Below are positions 40,248 to 54,618 of a stretch of 64,000 nucleotides of DNA, piece by piece. The stretch lies in contig NC_087436.1 of the NCBI RefSeq assembly GCF_036321535.1, forward strand, positions 9,796,001 through 9,860,000, written 5' to 3'. The translations under genes and the position numbers were made by a program. The DNA is from Camelus dromedarius. Taxonomy: Eukaryota. Below the pieces are notes generated by a model, which was not told where the DNA came from, did no database searches, and saw only the letters and a list, made by a program, of their open reading frames with translations. Position 1 is the stretch's first letter. Every line of letters starts with the position of its first letter.

Positions 40248-40693
40248 CTAATAGTAAGGCCCGAAAGGCGGAGAGCTGCCGTCTCCGGAGGAGGGGGGCG
40301 GCGGCGGCGGGGGCGGGGGCAGGGCGTAGGGCAAGGGCAGTAAGGGGTGAGGGGCCAGGGGGGGCGCAGCCCAAGCCACGTGCGCGGATGCGGGCGGCGG
40401 GGGCGGAGGGGGAGGCGGGAGTGAGAAGGGACGCATGTCAAAGACTGGAGGCGGGAAGGGGTACTGCGGCATCACGGGGCCGTCCTGCCTGGGAGGCGGA
40501 AATCCTGAAGTCTCTTGAGGTACCGCCGGCTCTGCGCTGTAGAACTGCGGGGGCGTGGGCCCGCCAGGGCAGGGCCTCGGGTACCGCCCCCGGGAAAATC
40601 CTCCTGGGAACTCTCTGTTGCGATAGCCTTTTGAATGCTCTGAAGCAGAGCTGTGAACATTCCAGTTTTGATGTACTTCTGCCAGATCCTCAC
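40248..40693 (-). CDS. NAF1: NAF1 last coding exon (Pro-rich C-terminus, TAG stop)
   Basis: ctaaag|GT GAG GAT...; in frame with ORF 40248..40742: GEDLAEVHQNWNVHSS...PPPPPPPSSGDGSSPPFGPYY*. Confidence 0.95.
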
Positions 40694-43600
40694 CTTTAGG
40701 GGAAAAAAGCAGGAAAGCAAAGTTAAAATTAATTTTAATCAAAAAATACTGTTTAAAATTTGAATCGTGGCTTTTCTCTAACTTCTAGTATATCTAATGG
40801 TAATTACAAATTCGTAAGACTTAAAATGATCAATTTTAAATGAATCCAAAAGGCCAGGGGATCAGGAAAGGGAGAATCTAGTAAGACAAAACTCTGAGTC
40901 AACAACCACTTGACTCCAGCCAAACAAACACCACAGACAAAGCTGAACACCACCCCTACTCTGCCTCTCCAAGGCTGAGTGGGGAGCCTGGCTTTCACGC
41001 TGGACAGGCTGTCAGGAGACGCTCCAGCCCTCCCTCCAGGGTGGTGTCAGAACAGGCTGAGCAGGGAGCCAGGGACTGGCCTTCCTCAGGGACAATGGCG
41101 ATCAAACGGGGACCTGGACTCGCCTCCAGCAGCAGTAGCACAGCCTCAGTCCGCCTCCTGCATGTGGGTGGGACCAGAGAAGACCTGGGAGAAGGGACAT
41201 TGATCACTGCCCAGCATCACTGACCCTACTGCGGCCAGGAGCCGTAAGGAGGCACTCTTACCCCCGCCAGACCCAAGGGGAGGGTGCCCTGCCCAGCAGT
41301 AACAAGACATCATTACTGACACCTGGCCTCAGGTGTCAACAGAAGCTGAGAAGAAAAGCTGAACTCCTATCCCCACCTGGCAGTAATAGTAATAATGCAG
41401 TACCTTCCTCCTTCCTGTCCCTGCTAGGACAGTTTTAAAAACAAATAAAAACAAAACTGCTAAAACAGAAGACTGAAACAAGGTCTAGAGTCTCATAACA
41501 TAATAACTAATATGCTCAGGTTTCAATTAAAAACCAGTCATCCCACCAAGAATCAAGAAGATTTCAAACTCAATGAATAAGGAAAACTGAGACCAACGCC
41601 AATAAGACAAAGATGTTAGGATTATCAGAGAAATATTTTTAAATAATCATCATAAAAATTAGAAACACACAAACAAATTTTAAAAAGTCTCATCAAAAAA
41701 AGAAACAAAAAGAAATTGCAGAACTAAAACTTCAGTAATCTAAAAACTGAGTGGAGGGCTCAACGGCAGAACGAAGGGGCAGAGGAAAGACTCAGGGAAC
41801 TTAAGATGGAACAAGAGGAAGGATCCGGTCTGAACAGCAGAAAGGAAATAAACTAGGGAAACAACGCACAGAGCCTCAGGGGCCTGCGGGACTGGAACAA
41901 AATATCCAACTTTACATCTTCAGAATCCTAGAAGGAACAGAGAAAAAGAGTGAGGCCAAAGATGTACTTGAAGAAATAATGACTGAACACTTCTCAAATC
42001 TGGCATAAGATTCAAATGCCCAAAACTATACACCAAGATAGACCCTATCTTGGTTAAAAAGTTTAAAAAAATGTAGAACTGAAATCGTACAGATTGTGTT
42101 CTCAACCCACAACAAAATCAAAACAGCAATAAGAGACAGAGAACAGAAAAATCTCCGAACACTTGGAAATTAAGTAATACTCTTTTAAATAACCCATTGG
42201 TCAAAGAGGAAATCCCAAGGGAAATAAAAACGAAGAAACATTAAGCTGAATCACAATATATAAAATATACCGGATTGGAGAAAACATTAATAATACTACT
42301 GCTCCTATTTGCTACTGACTATCCTGAAAATAACTGTCCGTACTGAAAATCTCAAGGAAAAAACTCCCAGAACTAGTGCGTCAAGCAAGGTCACAACATC
42401 CAAGCTAAATATGACCACTCCAAGACAATGTATTTCTGTATTCTAGAAATGAACACATGGACACTGGAATAAAAAACACCATTTACAGTGATTGCAAAAA
42501 AATGAAATACTCAGGTGTATATCTAACAAAAAAATGTATAGGAGGACCTGATTCTGAGAACTACATAATGCTGCTGAAGAAATTAAAGAAGATCTAAATT
42601 AGCTGAGATGTATACTATGTTTGTGGAATGGGAGACAATACAGTTAAAATGTTAGCTCTCTCCAAACCAATATATAGGTTCATCCTAATTCCTATCAAAA
42701 TTCCGGCAAGACTTAGTCAATATAGAGAAGATTATTCTGAAACTCATATGGTAAGGCAAAGGAACTAAAATGGCTAAAATATTTTGCAAACTTTCAGATA
42801 AAAAGTAATAAAGAGAAAATCTTTGGGATGTAGGTGTCTAGGAAAGAAATTCCCAGACTCCATAAAAGAAAAATTGATAAAAACTTAATCAAGATAAAAA
42901 ATTCTGTTCTGCAAAAGGCCCTTTTAGAGGATGAAAACACAAGCTACAGACTGGAAGAAAGTTCATACAAACTCTCAAACTCAAGAGTAAAACAGAAACA
43001 CCATTAGACTATGGGCAAAAGACATGAACAAATACATCACCGAAGAGACAGTCAGCAAATGAACACGTGGAAAGATGTTCAGTATCATTAACCGTTAGGA
43101 AAATGCAAGTTAAAATCACAGTTACATGGCATTGCACGCCTATCAGAATGGCTGAAATAAAAAATAATGACAATACCAAGTGCTAGTGCGAATGCAGAGA
43201 AACTGGGTCACTCGTACGCTGGTGACAAGAGTGCAAAGAGGTACAGCCACGTGAAAAATACTGTGGCAGTTTCTCAATAAACTAAACGTAACGCTACAGC
43301 AGACCCTTTAACAACACGGGTCTAAACGACACAGGTCCACTTATACGCAGATTTCTTTTCAATAAATACTACTACAGTGCTATGTGATCCAAGCCCAAGG
43401 TTGGCTGAATTCACGGAGGCATGACCACAGATACGGAGGGCCAACTCTAAGCTATACACGGATTTTTCAACTGCATGGGGGTGTCCAGTGCCCCTAACCC
43501 CCATGTTGGTCAACTGACAACTGTATTATATAACCCAGCTGCACTCTTGGACATTTATCTCAAAGAAATGTGAAAATCTGTGTTCACACAGAAACCTATG

Positions 43601-46600
43601 CACAAATGTATAAAGCAGCTTTAGTCATGTAACCGGAAACAGTTAACAACCCTAATGTCCTTCGATGGAAGGATTAAACATTAAACCTGCTGTGGTACAT
43701 CCACACCACAGAACCCCACCCTGGGATGAAAACAAACTTGACATGTACGGCAATCTGGATGACTAGAAAATTACACCCAGCGACAAAGCCCAGCGGCTAA
43801 TTTACACAACCACTGCTGACATGACCAAATGTATTATAGAAATGGAGAGCAGATCGGTGGTTGTCAGGCGCTGAGGGAGAGGCAGGAGGGAAGTGGATGT
43901 GACTATAAACAGGCAACACGCGGACTGCCTCTCCTGTGACTGCGTTGGTGTCAATATAAAATAACACCTTGATTCTGCTTTAAGCACCGTATCATTTAAC
44001 TCTAAAAACAGAAGCAAATAGGTTTCTTAAGGAAAAAGTGCTGACGAGCACAAATGATTCTACCAAGGCTGAGTTAACCCTTTTACCCCTTAGGAGCCAT
44101 TTTTACATCATTAAGCTTGAAAAACCACTGAACACTCCTAGTGAGTCTCCCACCACATCCCACACTGTGTGACGCCTCCAACGCTAGCCAGATGCCAGAA
44201 TGTAAAGAGAAAACCCAGATGTTTCCCTCAGTTTTATGACTTAGGAACTTATATATATGTAAATAAAGATTTAAAAATTACTATCTACTGCATTTACTTA
44301 CCTGGCTCATTAAATTCAGATTTGAATTTTTTCCGGCCCTGAATCTGAGATTTTTTCCTCTGTTTGGCTTCTTTTTCCTTTTCGTCATCACTGAAATCTA
44401 AGGCCTTGCAGAAAAAAACAGATTTATGTCACATGCATCCATAAATTTAATGGCACATACGTGGAGGTGAGGAGAAGGCTATTATTCAATGGTGACCTTG
44501 GAAAAAAGTTACCCTTTTCAGTAATTAATATTTTCCAGTAATATTCTACTTAATTAGATATGATAGAAAAATAAGGTATTTTTTGATACATGTCTAATTA
44601 TTGGACTCTAACACAAGCCAGTAATCAAGATGAGTACTGAAGACATTTTTGTTTTATTTTGTTTTGAATCCCTAGAAAGTTTCAGATTTTAAAATGCCGA
44701 TCTTTCAACCTTCAAATATGGGTAATTCCCTAGCTAGAAATCTGACTTCTAGCTTAGAGTCAAGAGTCATCATAGTTCCAGGGGCCAAACATTGCTAAAT
44801 GAAGGAGTTGCTAGGAATAAACAAACACACTAATATAAAAATGGAAGAGAATGTTATACCTTTCCTTCATTCAAAATTTACACATACCCCATTATATGCC
44901 AGGCACTGTTCTAAACACTTTATAAGTGTTATAATGTTAGGTATAGTAAAGGCCATAAATAAATAATAAGGCAAAGTAAAGGTGGAGAGAATCACCAGGA
45001 TGCTATTCGGACAGGACTGTAGGAAGACTGATAAGTGGATACACGCATGACCCAGCTTCCAAGAGGAAGTCATTTTAAATTACGAGAGGGAAAATTCAGA
45101 CCTTACTAAGAACTGAGACCCACTGTTGTAGCATACCACAAGACAAGACCTATGGGCTATATATGACTTCTATGATTTACTGGAATTCAGGTGTTCTATT
45201 ATCCCATTAACATCAGAAAACAAATACTATGTTTCATTAAAAGCATGAAAAAACACATTTATTCAACTCAAATTATGTATTCCTGTTAGAAACACAGGTG
45301 GAGATGAATAAGATATAGTCCCTATTAAGTAATTTTTTGCCCCTTTATGCAGGTTCAATATTTCCTATTTTTACGGCATGATTTTAAGTTTAAACCCCAC
45401 AGATCTGAAATTCTAATCTACGGTTAAGACCAGGTAGTAATTCCGTAGTACAAAATCTGATCATAATAAAATAAACTTTAGAATCTCAGAGCTTTTCATA
45501 TTATGGAAATAGAGACACCCAGTCAACTACCTGGAAAAAAACCACCCCATGAAGTACCCTGGGATTTAACTGGATAACTCACCTAAGCAAACTAATTTTA
45601 CAAACAATTAACATTACCATAGTTAGCAGTTTCAATGCTTAGGTCTGAAACAACAGGGATATATTATATTAAAGTATTTGTGTTTCACAAGAAATATGTT
45701 TCAAGACCTTTGTGAAACGCCAATACATTAAAACCATATGCTTTTAGTTATAAGATGCCCTGAACACAACTGAGAATAATTAGTGACTCTTCGGGGTCTT
45801 AGTGGAAACCACACGTACACATGACACAAACCAGAAAACACCACCCAGGGCAATGTGGATACTAAACTGGGACCGCTCACAGGTTAAGTGAGCCTCTAAG
45901 TGGGCATCTCCTGACTCACGCCTCAGCAAAACTGGAAATTAACACAGACCATCAACTCTCAGCACTTCGTGAGAACATCTCAAATGATCAGTGACATCTA
46001 CAAATACCAAGAATTTACAACATTGAGAAATTTCATCACAACTACTGAGCACATTTAAAAAGTCTCAATTATAATAATTATGTTTTTTCTTTTATATTAT
46101 ATAAATTCATACTGTTTTTAAGAATGTATGCACTTACGCTATAATTTTCATATTTTAACAATCATATATATCAAGCTAATTTGAGGCATAAAAATAATGT
46201 TGCTGACATGGATTTAAGAACGAAAAACAAGAGAATTCTTTCTAGGAAGGTAACTATATTGCAAAAAATGGCGAGGAAGGGAGACTGCGATGATTTTGTA
46301 CCTCCAAAAGAAAGACAACTTATTAAAGGCACCATCAATAAATGTCTTCACTTCCCACATGGTGAATTTACTAAGGAAAAAATTTCTTTAAATAATGACA
46401 GTTCTGCTTTTACTAGGTATCAACAAAACTGATAAAAATAGGACATTTTAAGGAAAATGATAAAAGCTGGTAACTATTGTGACTGAAAATATTTTTTTTT
46501 TCCTAAAATGATCAAAAATGCTTACTGAGAGGTACAGAAGTCACATGGGAGAGGGGAGAGGACACGGGCTCACAGAGGCAGTGAGACTGGTGAGCTGCAC

Positions 46601-49600
46601 TGAGGACCTCCTTGCGGTCAGGAACGGTGAATCTGTGAGATCAAGTCCTGCCTTATCTTCTCAAATACTGTGTAAAAAGATTTCTACTTACATCTGGTGG
46701 TGGTTCTTGATCATTCTTCCATGACGCATCCGATCCCCTATCCCTAGGGGAGAAAAAAAAAGGTCAAAAGGGCAAAGCACTTCTAAGTTTCCATTAATGC
46801 TTGTAACTTAATAGTATGGAAAATGATAAAGTAGAGGACCTAAGCTCAAATCTTAACCGGATATATATATATATACATGAAAATAAGAGCAAAGAATAAA
46901 GAATCATTTATGTGTACTTTGCCTTGTCTGAGAAGATGTGGGAAGAGCACACATACACATTAGGATTCTGCAGCAAGCCAAGGCGATGGGAAAGTGGAAA
47001 GGCAGGGGAAGGCGGTTCTGCAGCTTCCAAGAAGCTCCAGACGCTCTGATTTAACACTTTCATGATACCCAAGCTCAGCTCACAGAGTTCCGTCAATAAA
47101 TGCTCACCCATACCTACACCTACTTTAGGTCAGATGATGTTCCAGGTGTCAAGTATACAAAAACAAATACAAGGCTTTCCCTTCTCTAAGATGTACAGGT
47201 TTCATGACAGAGATCACAGCATGAAACTCTTCTTTCTCAGTTCACATGAGGAGTATCAGCAATCCTCCGGCAGTAACCAAGGCTTACTCCAAGAGTGACT
47301 AAAAGCAGGAAGGGTGAGATAAAGGCTATCTAGTGTGGGGAGGAAGAGGAGCTCGGAAGATTCCAAAGGACAGTATCGTCACACTCTGTGACCAACAGAA
47401 GCACATACATCTATTACAAGTATGATTATAACTTCTGGAAGCTCATTTTTAATCTTATCTTTTTAACCTTTTTGAATTCAGTTTGACAGTATCTTGTTAT
47501 TCAATTACATTAAAATATTACAAAGAATTAGGAATAGATGCTGTCCTCACTGCTTGAAATCAGACATCAAAAATAAATGAGATTCTTAGGGGGGTTCATT
47601 TAATCATTAATCCATTCATCTATAATCCATTAAAACGGATTTACAGATGTCAGAAAGCTGGCAAAACATGAAAATCATTAAGTTTGCTCTAAAATTTTAA
47701 TTCGGAACTTGGACACTCTACAAGAGGTTATTATCAGTGACTTTTCTGCCACTTAATAAAAAGCGTTTAATTATCGCCCAGCACCCAGACATTTAACACA
47801 GCTCCAGTACTCCCTTTTCTACAGGTGTTTTCTCACAGCCTGCAGTGCCCTTCGCCTTTTAAAGACATAAATGAGAAAAGTTCCCCAACTAGCGCATTAC
47901 CACAGAAAAGCAAATCTACTAAAGATGAAGTGACATTTCAAGCAGCATCTTTAACAAGAGGGTAAGTTCATGGGAAGCTACGACTAAAACAGCCTTACTG
48001 GAGGCAGGTAAGCTGGAGAGAAGCTAAACTTCTCACCTCAAAGGCAGAGGAATCCCCACGACCAGCAATGACAGTGCCTGCTAGAGCAGAGGCAGTCTTG
48101 GCCGGTGGGGCTTCTGCAGGGGGGGGCCCCAACTGCTCAATTCTTTAGTTTCTTGTTATTTCTTTCTAGGACAAAATTCTTGTTCTAACAAATTAAGAAC
48201 AAAGACTGCTTCTGTTGTTTAAAATCTATCTAAAAACATCTTCAAAAAACCTTTCAATCTATCTGCTTTAAGCAAAAATGTTTTATCTGTTGAAAGCTAA
48301 GTATATGGCATATCCAGACCAACATCTGAACTTTAAAAACAGAATGAAATGCTAATGCTATTTAAGGCATGATTTTATAACATAGTAAAATCTTCATGAA
48401 CTTTATGGTCTACTGAATTCACCTTTCTTGTCAAAGGTTGTTTAGAAAAATTAACCCTATGTGGTCTGAAGAACACCTTAAGCCAAATGTTCCTTCAGAA
48501 AAGATGAAGTATGTGGATTCTTAAACATGAACTTAATCAATTATCAGGAACAAAATGTTCATCTCATTTCAGAGATTATTTGTACACCTAAAACTCAGGC
48601 TGGATTTAATATGTAAGTGGTAGACCTTTCCACTCCCCTACCCTCCGCACCCCCCCTCCCAGTCTGGGACTAGTACGTAGGACTAGCAGCACAGCGACTA
48701 CTCACTGCCTGGAGCTCCCCTCCAGCTCCTGCAAGAACCACGCCCCTCGTGCTTCACCTGTATTTCAAGTTTCCAAAGGACAGAGAGCTAGACCTCAAAC
48801 GGACCTGGGTGTCAAACTGAGTACAAAGCCTTTTGGGATTTAAGATCTTTCTTCCTTCCCCCAACCTTTAGAGGCCTTTCCCTCCACCCTAATTGGACAG
48901 TATTCGTATTGGCTCATGCTCATTACATCTTTCCACAGCACTCAACTTATGCTTATAGAAACAGCTATTCTACTTGAATCCGTAGGCCACTGGTCTGTAT
49001 AAAAATTAACTGATATAAACAGCTCTACAGCTAACACCTCGCTACACAACTGACACCTAGAAAATATACAATTAACCAGTGGGAGCATAAGTATGCAGAA
49101 ATGTTACCAGCCACGTGCCACGGGCATTATTCAGCACATTTACAGACAGAATGGAGCGCACTGGTTTGTTGGTTAAGTCAACTTTGTTAATGACGGCTTG
49201 ATACACAACTTTCCAGGAACACATTTTAGTTCTCTCTTCTGTAAGTTTATAATTTATAAGCAACTTGAAATTTATTCATCATCTTTTTTCTTCTTGAGAA
49301 TTATAAAGTTTTATTAAATAGTTAATCTTATGAATATAATCTTGAATATAATTTTTATTTAAACTGGAAAAGCTTTTTTTAAAAACTTAATAATAATTAT
49401 AATACTAATACTGAGTAGCATGGATATATGAAAGAAAGTATATAATGGAAAAAAACAATAAATTAGAATTCAAAAAACTTTTATGGCCCAAATGTGCTTT
49501 TATTAGTAGACTGTGTCATTCTGGGCAAAAGATATAAATGATCTCTACCATTTATAAAGCTGGTTAAAAATTACAGCTTTCAGAGATGTTATCAGGAAAA

Positions 49601-52600
49601 TAAACGAACTCTTTGGGAAGACAGGTGCCATCTAACTATAAAAAACTACATCACTGAGAATTGTTTCTAAAATACAAGCACTAGATAAGCAAAGAACTTA
49701 CATGCCAGTAACGTATACTTACTGCTTAAGTTTTTCTGTGAATATATACTGGGTGAAGTCTTTCATGGATGGAGCAAAATACATAGTGTCCTTTATTTTA
49801 ATACCTTTACTCTCAATGTGCTCTGAAGAATTAAACCGTAATACATAAAATGGATGTGCAACAGGTCCAAATATCTCAAATATCTACAAAATAGAAAAAA
49901 TACAAAGATCTCCTTTTGCATGTAAAATAATGACTTCAAAAGTTAGCAACATTTTTTTAAAACCTGGTGTTTTAATAAGGCAATTTTGTCATTATCAGAC
50001 CTTCTCAAAGGTCTGGTTTATTTATATTTAAGTCATTTCTGCACACTCATAAAGCCTTCATAGTGTGATAATTAAAGCATTAGCTTATTCCAGATTTCCT
50101 TTCTATGGATCTAAAATAATTATAATATATAAAATAAAGTAACTAGAACAAGTTTGTTTCTCACTAAATTTAAATCATTTTGGTGGTACCAACTAGATGC
50201 AAACAATGAATTTTTGTTTTTATTATTATTCATTTAAGTTGTAAGGTATAAACAAAAGAATTACAGTTAACTTTTGAGAAATAAATTGTTGTCATTTTAA
50301 ATCTTATGAAAAACTTTTACCTTCTGCTTTGATACGTATTCGATCACCTCTGCTGTTTCCAGAGGGGTTAACATTTTTATAAAACTAAACCACAACGTTC
50401 TCTAATTCAAAAAGTAGTAGAGTAGATTTTAACCTGAAGTCGTTTATTTCTCAAAAATCAAAGATGCCATGTAGCCTTTACCTTTTAAGTAAAGCAACTA
50501 CTTTTAGGAGAGACATATTATTTTATTTCTGAAAATGTTTATAAATGATGAGAGGAAGCCTCTTGACTTCAAATTCTTCTCAATATAAATGCCTGAGTTT
50601 TTAAAAACAATGTTTCTGATAATAAATGTGTGTGTATTATAGAGACTAGATCATGACCAGCATCAGCAAAGGTTTCTCCAGCCTTTTTCCTGTTAATGAT
50701 GTTTTCCCCTTTGACACTACAGCACAGATTTGTGTACCGCTCCCTTTTAAAACCTAAAGATGCTATAAGTTTTTCCATGTTGTATATATTCTTCATAAGC
50801 ATAATTTCTGTGGCTATTTAACACTCTTTTATAGATCTAGCACAATTTATTTAACTTGTCTTACACTGTAGGACATTTGGGCAGCTTCTAATTTGTTCAA
50901 TAAAAGAACTGGTGCCACAACGAACACCTTTGTATGTAACTCTCTGTACTCCAGATTTCCTGAGAACTGATTTGTAAGGGGCGGAATTACTGGAGCCACA
51001 AGTATGATTATCATTAAAACTCTTGATGTAAATTGCTAAATAAGTCTCCAAATAACCTGGACCCATTTAAACCAATCACAATCAAAGTGCCTGTTTCACT
51101 ACGCCCTACGTTGCTGATTTTTGATACTAAAGGTTCTCATTTATTACAAAGTAAAACAAGAACAAGAAAAACAAAGCCTGCTCAAATGCTCAAAACTACA
51201 TGCAAAGCAGATGACCAAGAAGTTCATGTTTATATGGATATAATAATAGGTGACATAGGTTGGTCACTTTTTAAAAATTCTCTAATATTGAAGAATTCAA
51301 CATTAAAAGTGGAATTTCATTCACTATTTATCAGCAGAACAAATCGTTATTAGGATTAAAGTGCAAAAGGGAGAAATTCACATCTGAGGTTGCCCTCCTT
51401 AATCAGCGGGAGAGGGGAAGGAAGTTGGAGGGAAAAAATCAGACAGACCACCTAGGTCATGAATGCCATTCCGTTCCTTTTTAGCACTGTGATTTTTGAG
51501 TACATGGGATAATTCTACTTCCTTACAAAGTTTCAGTGAATTTAAAGAGATACACGAAATATTTATCACTGTGGCTGATTACTGTTACTACTGAAGAGGA
51601 GAGGAAAAAGGGAGGCTGTACAAAGCTTTAACACTGAAAGCAAAACTAATCTGGTGCCCAGATAAAATATGCGAAACATCTAAGAGAGATTCCATTTCAT
51701 TTCCTGATCACTGGTTTGTTTAACTAACGCTCTCAACCCTTCACACCCCACCATTATCTTGGAGAATTATTTGAAGGTGCTTAGATTTATAATCAGACAT
51801 TCTTGAAAGACTTCTTGAATTTACAAAACTTTCTAAGTAAAATTTAGAGACAGATCTAATTTTTCCCTCTAGACTTATGCCACATTGCTGAAGTTAGAGC
51901 TGTAAAATGTTACATTTGGATCTGACTCCTTCTAAACTCAAATGACAGAAGGGCTGAGTATTAATATTATTAGTCACAATTATAGGACTGAAAATCCAGA
52001 TGTCCTGGGGGGGGGGGGGTCCTAAGAAATGTAAGTTTTGAGGGGTTTTTTTTTTTTTGAGGTTTTTAAAATTAGTGAGGTGTTCTGAAATTAAAATTAA
52101 AATTGCCTAAGCCAGCTATTAGAGAGAGACAAAGGAACTGTCATGAAAATCGTAAATAAAACGAGTCATGGGAACAATCAGTTTCAAGTCATGGTTAAGC
52201 CCCCAGAAAGTCTCTAAGCCCCTCCTTACAAAGGCACCGGCAGTGAACTGTTTGTTCTTATTCCAGAGCCTCTTCCTCTGAACCAGCATACTGAGACCCC
52301 TATGTGAACCAAAGTCTAGGGAGACAATACAGCACCATCCTTCCGGCATTAAAAAGTCGTTCGTCTCTTCACAAACTTTCTCAAGAATTGCCAAAAAACA
52401 CTCACACTAGACTCCAATGAATTCTGCTGCTGCTGACTGCTCTGCAATCCTGAGACTCATTTCTCTTTGGTAAATTAGCCTGTCAACCTGGAACGTAGGT
52501 AGTGCAGGGTGGCAGGACCCCTGATAAAAACCTGATCCCTTTCCGATCTGTGTCAGGATGGAATGGCAGGAAAAGGCAGAGAAAAGGGAACATTATGGGA

Positions 52601-54547
52601 GTCGATGCAATAATAAAGTTTAATGTATAAGCTTTTTTTTGTTTAAACACAGATTAATTGTATCTCTTAGAACAAAAGAAGCAGCCAACTGTTGCTTATC
52701 TGGGAAAAACGAAATCCCAGAAAGTTGCTTCTCCAAAGACAGCAGCTGGTTTCTGACTTGTTTTCAACTCAGTACCTGTTTACTTAGCAGGTGTAATGTA
52801 GAAAGGACTGCAATGCACACAGTGGGGAATCCTGAGGTGAAGAAAACTCCATCCCCGCTGCCAAAAAAAGAACACTTGGCTGGTATTCAGCCTTGATCTT
52901 GGAAAGTTTTATGTCCTTGGCTGACGACTCAGAATTGTGTACTTGGGGGGTAAGAGGTGGGGTCTTCCTTCCCTACTAAGGGTGGACAAGCGGCACGCAG
53001 GGCTGTTCCACTAGGAGGGCGCTGGAAGGGACCAACCCTACGATGGGGACTAAAGGACACAGCTCCCCGGAATGTGCTCACGGTGACACTTAACTGCTGT
53101 CACTGAAATTGCTCTCTACTTGAAAAAGACCCCACTCTCAGCCTCCGCCTGAGGAAGCCACAAGTCTAAAAAGTTTTGAGAGCCTCTACTCGAAGGGACT
53201 CACAAACCAAAGAAGTTTATGAACTATTACATGGTGGAAAGTCTCCCGCACTCAACTGAGTATCCGGAGGGAAGGGAACTGTGCCTTTTTCAGCACATAG
53301 ACCCACTACCTGGCAAAGTACATGACAAACATCAGGAAAAAATTCTACACATGTGTATTTAGTAACTCAAGCAGCAAAGAATAACAAGCAGTATTAAACC
53401 AATTTGCAGACAGACATGAAGTATTGAAGAAAATGAGGAATGTATTAAAATATGAGAGCTCTAGACCTCTCATGTACTAAAATTAATAAACTTTTTAAGA
53501 CAGTGAGTCAGAAAAACCAATCCACAAAGAAACAGAATAATTCGTAGAATTTGAATTTTTTTTTTTTTTACAAACCTTTCCTGCTGCCTGTCGATCACTT
53601 TTAAAAATTACCGTCTCCTCGTTAACTGGAGGAATGTTAGTCACAGATTCAATTATTACTGAAAAATGAAACAAAACAAATTATTTAAAGATTTAATCAG
53701 AAGATAATATAGAATTTAAATGAGAATATAGGCTTTAATCCCAATATAATTTAAAATGAAATTTAAGGAGGGAAATATATCTCAGTAACTTACTTGTGGA
53801 TAAACAAAGCCCATTTATGACCAGGTAGCACAGGGAAATAAATTCTACATATTTTTATTTAACACAAGAGTTATCATTCTAAGAAAAAACATTAAAGTAT
53901 AAAGTGTCACAGAAAACTGAAATAACCACCAAGGGGACGGGGGGGTGCGAAGGGACAGACTGGGATTTCAAAATTTGTGGATACTGACCGGCATATGCAG
54001 AATAGATAAACAAGATTATACTGTATAGCACAGGGAAATATATACAAGATCTTGTGGTAGCTCACAGCAAAAAAAATGTGACAATGAATATATGTATGTT
54101 CATGTATAACTGAAAAATTGTGCTCTACACTGGAATTTGACACAACATTGTAACATGACTATAACTCAATAAAAAAAAAGTCAAAAAAAAAAAAAGAACC
54201 AATTAAGGAATCAGCGAGGTCAAGCTGTGTACATTTTCTCAAGCAATGTTTAGCCAAAAATGAATAATCACATTTAGTCACTTAACTCCTGCTTTAGAAG
54301 AAATTAGTCTTCTTTCTCACTCTAGAAATTCTCTCCTACAAAGCACTAATTACTTACTGATACATGAAAAAGTTAGAGACTTCACAAAAGCACTTTCTTC
54401 TGAACAGATGAAGTAAGAATGAGAGAGATTCCAGTAATTTTTATCATTTCTCTTCTCAAAAGGCAAAAGCATTCTCCCACTGGTCTAGCATAACCTCCAA
54501 TTCCTGTAAGTGCCACAAATGTCAAACAACCAGTCTATTACAGCAAA

Positions 54548-54618
<71 letters not shown>

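Noticed and set aside
40694..40742. N-terminal extension MIKINFNFAFLLFSPK of the track ORF
   Set aside because: This is the polypyrimidine tract and acceptor of the last NAF1 intron, not coding sequence.
53006..53025. CTCF-like motif ccactaggagggcgc
   Set aside because: It has one extra base in the core relative to CCASYAGRKGGCRS, so it is not supportable.
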